Source: Blepharisma stoltei ATCC 30299
Taxonomy: Eukaryota > Protista > Ciliophora
Length of the DNA stretch: 64,000 bases
Reading direction: 5' to 3'
NCBI GenBank assembly: GCA_965603825.1
Contig: CBFDEM010000036.1
Span: 124,001 to 188,000, forward strand
In this document: positions 58,801 to 64,000 of the stretch, piece by piece
How the letters are laid out: every line of letters begins with the position of its first letter
Numbering within the stretch: the stretch's first letter is position 1
Program-made: the position numbers and the translations under genes
Notes under the pieces: model-generated
Databases searched by the model: none
Told to the model about the DNA's origin: nothing
What the model saw: only the letters and a program-made list of their open reading frames with translations

Positions 58801-61800
58801 TTCTGAGGAATTGATAAAAATTGCTGATCCTAAAAGAGCTATAGTCCCTTCACCGTATGCATAGTTTTCAAATATCTTAGAATTATCTATAGTTGAATTA
58901 ACAAATACGCTTGCCATAAATATAGCAGACCCTCTATTTTTGCACGAGTTTTTATTTATTATTGAGCTGTATATATGAAATTCAGCATTTGAGTCAGCAT
59001 ATATAACACCTCCTGAAGATTCTGCAGAATTCTCTGTAAATTTGCACGAAAAGCAAAAGTATTGAGACTTCAAGGTAAGTGAAGCAACTCCACCGTTAAG
59101 ACTGCTACTGCAGTTTATATAAATTGCATTTTCTGCTACAAAAATTGCAGAATTTTTTAAATTCAAAACTCCTCCAGAATTTGGTGAATAATTATGTTGA
59201 ATCCTTGAATTTTTATCAGTTGCATAACCATTATCAAGTGAAAATACAGATCCATAATTATATTCGAATTGGCAATAATTTATCTCTAATGTCGAGTTTG
59301 TATTTTGATCATCCAGAGATATCGTCACATTCCCCGTATTGAATTGAAAATCGCAATAATTTAAAGTTAATTTAGAATTGTTTTCAGAGCTGTTTTCACC
59401 TATTGCTATATTTAACCCTGAACTATATAGCCCATTGTTTTCAAAAAAACTGCAAGAATTAATTTCCAATATCCCATAAGTATAATAAATTCAAATAGTG
59501 CCTGAGAAACTTGCTTTATTTTCTTTAAATTCGCAGTTGCTAATTGAAGAATTAGGAGAAAGCTGAACATTTCCGTCTATAAAAAGTGAAGAGCCAGCAT
59601 ATGCTTTGTTGTTATAAAAATGAGAGCCATCAATTTCTAGCTCTAATGTCAGTTCTGATAAAGAACTTTTGGATATAAAAATCCCTCCTCCATTGAGATT
59701 GCAGGAATTGTTTGTGAAAGTTGTATTCGTGATAGAAAATAATGAATTTTTGATATCATAAAGAGACAAAAAATAATAAATAGCTGCTCCATTCAAATTA
59801 GGTGATCTGTTTGAGTCAAAATATGAAGAAATAATTCTAAGATTCTGGCCTACAAAATACAAAGCTCCACCTCAATCTGCAATATTATTTAAAAATGTAC
59901 AATTTTGTAACAATAAATCAGAAAGACTATATATCGCACCTGGGTTTCTGGGCTGATTATTCTGATTTGAGATAAAAAACGAATCTTTGATAGTCATAGA
60001 AGAACTTTTATCACTCGTTAAACAAATCCCATTGAATCCTGATCCGCTATTATTTTCAAAATTTGATATGCTTATTGTTGAATTTGTTGTATTTGATATA
60101 ATAATTCTTGGTAAAGAATTTTTACAATAATTTTTTAGAATGCTCACTTTGTCTAGATTTAAGTTTATGGAATCTGATATTGATGATAAAGACTCGCAAT
60201 TTAAATCTGGAGGATCAGTAATATTGAGTTTTATATACATATCTGGGTTTTCAATATAATATTTTGATATTATTGAGTTAGCATTCATAGACCCAGATGA
60301 TGCTAAGCCATTTGAAACCATAAAAACACCCTTTAAATCTATATTAATCATTTTTGTAACTTCAAGGATTCCACTACTACCAGAATAATTTTCAACAAAG
60401 CTCGAGTTATGAATTTTTACTCATTTTGCTAAGTATTTTCCTCCAACAAGATTATTGTTATTTGCAGAAGATGTATTTAAAATAATATCTGATAAATATT
60501 TTTGGTTAATATAATTGCTTTCAATATATATTAAAGGTCCAGTTTCAATTCCATTATGCGTAAATGATGAATTTTCAATAAGCAAATTTTGAGATTCATA
60601 TTTATGATATGAATATAATACCCCTGAGATTTTCCCATAGTTTGATGTAAAATTTGAACTCACAATAAAAATATGATTCAGAGTTGAGTAAATAATTTCT
60701 CCATAGTCATTTGTTTGATTGCTAAAATCATTGTATTGCTGTTGTATATTTATTATTCCAAAATCGCAATAGTTATATATGAAAGTGCAAGAATCAATGA
60801 CTAGCATCTGAAATAAATTAAGAAATACTAATGCGCCTCGGTTCGCTGCAATTGATAACGGTTCTTCCACAACATTATACATAAAATTAACGTCTCTCAA
60901 AACAATTGATTTCGCTAAAATAACATTTAAAAATCCTTTCATACGAATTGAGTCTTTTATTTCATATCCATTATTGACCCTACTAACAGTGCCTTTATTA
61001 AATTGTAGAGTTCCTGTGCTGTTTCATACAATAATTGCAGAATTATCGCTATTATAAACCTTAACATTATCAAACGTGACATTATTGAGAGTCATATTGC
61101 TGTTTTTTGCGACCCAAAAAATCGAATTAAAATCTGTTCGAAAATTAATAAAACCCACGTTGTTTAGCACCAAATTGCTTGATGTAATATTGAAAAAAAA
61201 TTTACCGTTATTTATTGAACATCAAGTGCCAGATAAAAAATCATTAATTTTTTCACCTCTATCGTTATAATAAAGACTTAAATCTGAGCTTGATGTAACA
61301 ACAGGGCAATAATCGCAGTAATCATCATTTTTACAAGAGGAAATTGTATTTTTCCAATCAAAAATGACATTATTTATTTCTAAATTTGAAATATTTCCCA
61401 ATTGAAATCAAAATACTGACGAAGAAATATCATCTTTTCCTCTTTTTATAGTAATTGGGGAATTTTCCAAAGTTTTAATTTTTATATTTCTTGAAGTTAA
61501 ATTTCTAAAAATATAGTTTGGGTCATAATATCTACTGTTCATTAGCCCATTTTTTAATTCTATAGTCCGTTGTTCAGTGTAGTAATTGCTTTGAGATAAA
61601 TAAATTATTGAATAATTGTAAAAAATGTTTGCAAGTGCATAACTTAGAGATGAAAATTGAGAAAAATAAGTGCCATTACCACTTAATCAGCCAGAATTTG
61701 TGCTTGGCTTCACAAAATAAATATGAGGATTTTTTGCTGATGAAGTATCAATTGGAATTATTTTTGTCAATGATCCATCAGGAAATAATCCTGTATATAA

Positions 61801-62733
61801 CTCTCAATGGCTAAAGATAGTGCAAGTTCGATTAAAATTATAAGCAATAATTTGATATTTATTATTTATGCATGTGAGGCAGCCACTAAAATTCTTATAA
61901 GAGCGCCGGCAATAGGCATCAGAATAATGTTCGCAGTTGCCATTGGCATAGTTGCATTCTAAAATATTGCATTCTTGATAACAGTTTACAAAATTTAATG
62001 CTTTTTCTTTTGAGCATGTATAATTAGAAGCCTTATAACAGTTTTCAAGATTCACAACATATGAAAAATCATTACGGATAATTTGCTGATAAGATGAAAA
62101 AATAGCTAATGACTTATTTTGACATCAATTATTAGGATATTGATCTATTTTGTCATAATTGCAGTTCGCTATCATGCATTCTGGTAGACATAATCCATAA
62201 TCTGTCCATTTGCAATTTTCGGCACATTGACAATCTTTATAATCGAATAAACAATCTTCATTATTGCATGCAGAGTCACATATTCCATTCCCTAGCATAG
62301 TTGGAAAACATCCATCTGCGCACTGTCCACAGTCATGATTATCAAGGTCGCAATTTCAGTTATCACATTCTTCATCACAATTTCCATCACCGAGCATAGA
62401 ATTAAAGCATCCTGGGGAGCAAGTGCAATCGCCTCAGTCAAATCCACAGCTTGTAGTGTTACAAGAAGTATCGCATATGCCATTTCCTAGATTTTGAGGA
62501 TCGCAGCCATCGAAAATGCAGTTTTCATAGCAGTCTGAGTTTTTTTTATGCAGTGAGCTATTAAATTGAAAACTGGTGTCATAATTGCAAAAGGACGTCA
62601 TACATTCAGGATTGCACTGGCGATTGCCTTTCTATGTAAAAATTACTATGATATCTGGGCAAATGTGCGAGCTGCAGGTAAGATCTAAACCTTTGACAAA
62701 TCATAAGAAAAGGAAAGCAATTAGAAAATTCAT
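55828..62733 (-). CDS. Family A receptor copy A3, ~2296 aa
   Basis: ATG 62733 (MNFLIAFLFLWFVKGLDLTC), TAA 55828-55830. Single frame, 15-nt intron. Confidence 0.92.
62632..62646 (-). other. 15-nt intron GTAATTTTTACATAG in A3
   Basis: GT-AG with an in-frame TAG. Junction CPDII|KGNRQC. Confidence 0.92.
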
Positions 62734-62904
62734 TTTTGTTAATGGAATATATATTTGTCTTCTATTGATAGCTTGGATATGGACAGAAAATAAGTATTAG
62801 TTTTAATTGCTTAAATAAAATTTCAAATAATTAACATAATATTAGCTATTTAATATTTTGGCGTTATAGATAGCAATCAGTAGCTTGCAATTTGGAGCCT
62901 AAAA

Positions 62905-63370
62905 ATTCATAATTATTTTAGTAAACGCTAATTTCAGAGACTAAATTCTATAATTATTTAAACTTAATTATCGTTTGAGAGATGGATTTGTTTGAATAAT
63001 TTTTCTAAAGCATTGCGAACTTATAGACCACTATGATTTCTTGAAGAAAAAAAAACTTCTTTAAAATCCCAAGGTTTTTGATCAGCAATTTTCATGAATT
63101 CTGACGTGAAAAACATAAAATCATTTTATTGATATTAAAGAAATATCAGAAAATAAGGACTATCTAAAGCGTAAAGTGACTTAATATTTTATTCAATGAG
63201 CAGAGCTGTATATATTGCTCTGAATGAAATGGAAGAAGCAGAAAAATATTTGAGTGAATCTGAAAAATATTGAATATAAATAAAATTTTATTATTTTCGA
63301 AAATTCAAAAATTAAAAATTATATTGTATGAATAACCATATAGAGGTTGCCAAAATTTCTATTACAGGTT
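62905..63370 (+). pseudogene. Heavily decayed 3' relic of a family T gene
   Basis: TATTTTATTCAATGAGCAGAGCTGTATATA (63186-63215) is the same as in T1. TTAAAATCCCAA and ATAGAGGTTGCCAAAATTT also match T1/T2. Limits are approximate. Confidence 0.7.
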
Positions 63371-63473
63371 TAACTTTTTTCGCTATTTTTTGAGTGGCTT
63401 TAATCGGCTACTCTATACTCGGCACTTCTAGAAACTAAGTTCACCCATAATATATAAAAATAAAATATAGAGC

Positions 63474-64000
63474 ATGAAAAAAGAAAGCTGTTCTTGCTGC
63501 TCTCTAGACGCAATATTTACATCCAGTTTGGCAAGTTTAAAGCATGCCCAAAGCATTATTTTTCTTATAAAGCTCAAGGTTACAAGCTAACACGAATAAA
63601 GGTCTCAATCAACATTGAATCCTGAGAGATCTTGCTCGGTTTTATTGTCACGTTAAAGAACAAGTTTAAAGCCCGAATCGATGATTTAAATAAAGAATAC
63701 TCCGTGAATGAGGAAGAATATCTGGAGAAATTAGACTGCCTAAATGAAGTTTTTAATTACTGCAGCTATATGGTGATATTTTTAGAAAAAAAGAATTTTG
63801 TTTATATGAAACTTATTTTAAGTCCCTTTGAATATTTTTTAACTCAACCAAAGGAAAAAGCACAGCAATATACAGAGCAAAATTGAAACCGGATGGAGCT
63901 TTTAGAATTTCATCGATCAGTTAAAGCACATGTGCTTGATTTCAATTATTTTAGATTTGAGAATCAAAAATATATTCACGGCTGGGCTTATAAGTCCGAT
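63474..64000 (+). pseudogene. Family T copy T4, 5' part, 1-nt frameshift at ~63528; runs off the window
   Basis: MKKESCSCCSLDAIFTSS, then homology (KFKACPKHYF) continues in the shifted frame of ORF 63632. Could be a sequencing error. Confidence 0.72.

Noticed and set aside
5-62055. Dozens of separate short genes or a field of nonsense pseudogenes, as the ORF track suggests
   Set aside because: Fragments are in frame, end in TGA, and TGA interchanges with TGG among paralogs. They fuse into ~7-kb and ~2.4-kb genes.
2211-62800. Antisense/alternative-frame ORFs (e.g. 7098-7508, 14419-14829, 32308-32745, 49031-49447)
   Set aside because: Shadows of the long receptor CDSs. They recur only because the host genes are duplicated.
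1-64000. Specific assignment as gamone receptor or mating-type locus; tRNA/rRNA genes
   Set aside because: No sequence evidence identifies a ligand or shows homology to known mating-type proteins. No structured RNA gene was recognisable by eye.

Overview
Eukaryotic, AT-rich nuclear DNA that uses UGA=Trp (TAA/TAG are the only stops) and has 15-16 nt spliceosomal introns. This combination points to a heterotrich ciliate, most likely Blepharisma. The supplied ORF track is fragmented only because it treats TGA as stop. Re-read with UGA=Trp, the window is a birth-and-death gene cluster of three families. Families A (3 copies) and B (4 copies, one doubly frameshifted) are ~2,300-2,400 aa surface receptors: signal peptide, Lin-12/Notch repeats (LNR), a long GGA(I/L)/FxxN right-handed beta-helix, a stalk, a Cys-rich module and ~9 TM segments. 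Family T comprises ~770-850 aa cytosolic Cys/His-motif + TPR-like proteins (1 intact, 1 split by a 322-bp insertion, 2 singly frameshifted, 4 relics). The families recur in the co-oriented cyclic order T->B->A->T on both strands. Receptor paralogs are highly similar except for sharply delimited hypervariable patches at the N-terminal tip, so the locus looks like a diversified recognition system (inference). The window also contains a decayed non-LTR retrotransposon and four direct-repeat-bounded insertions (IES-like), one of which carries an acidic/(KRP)10 ORF.
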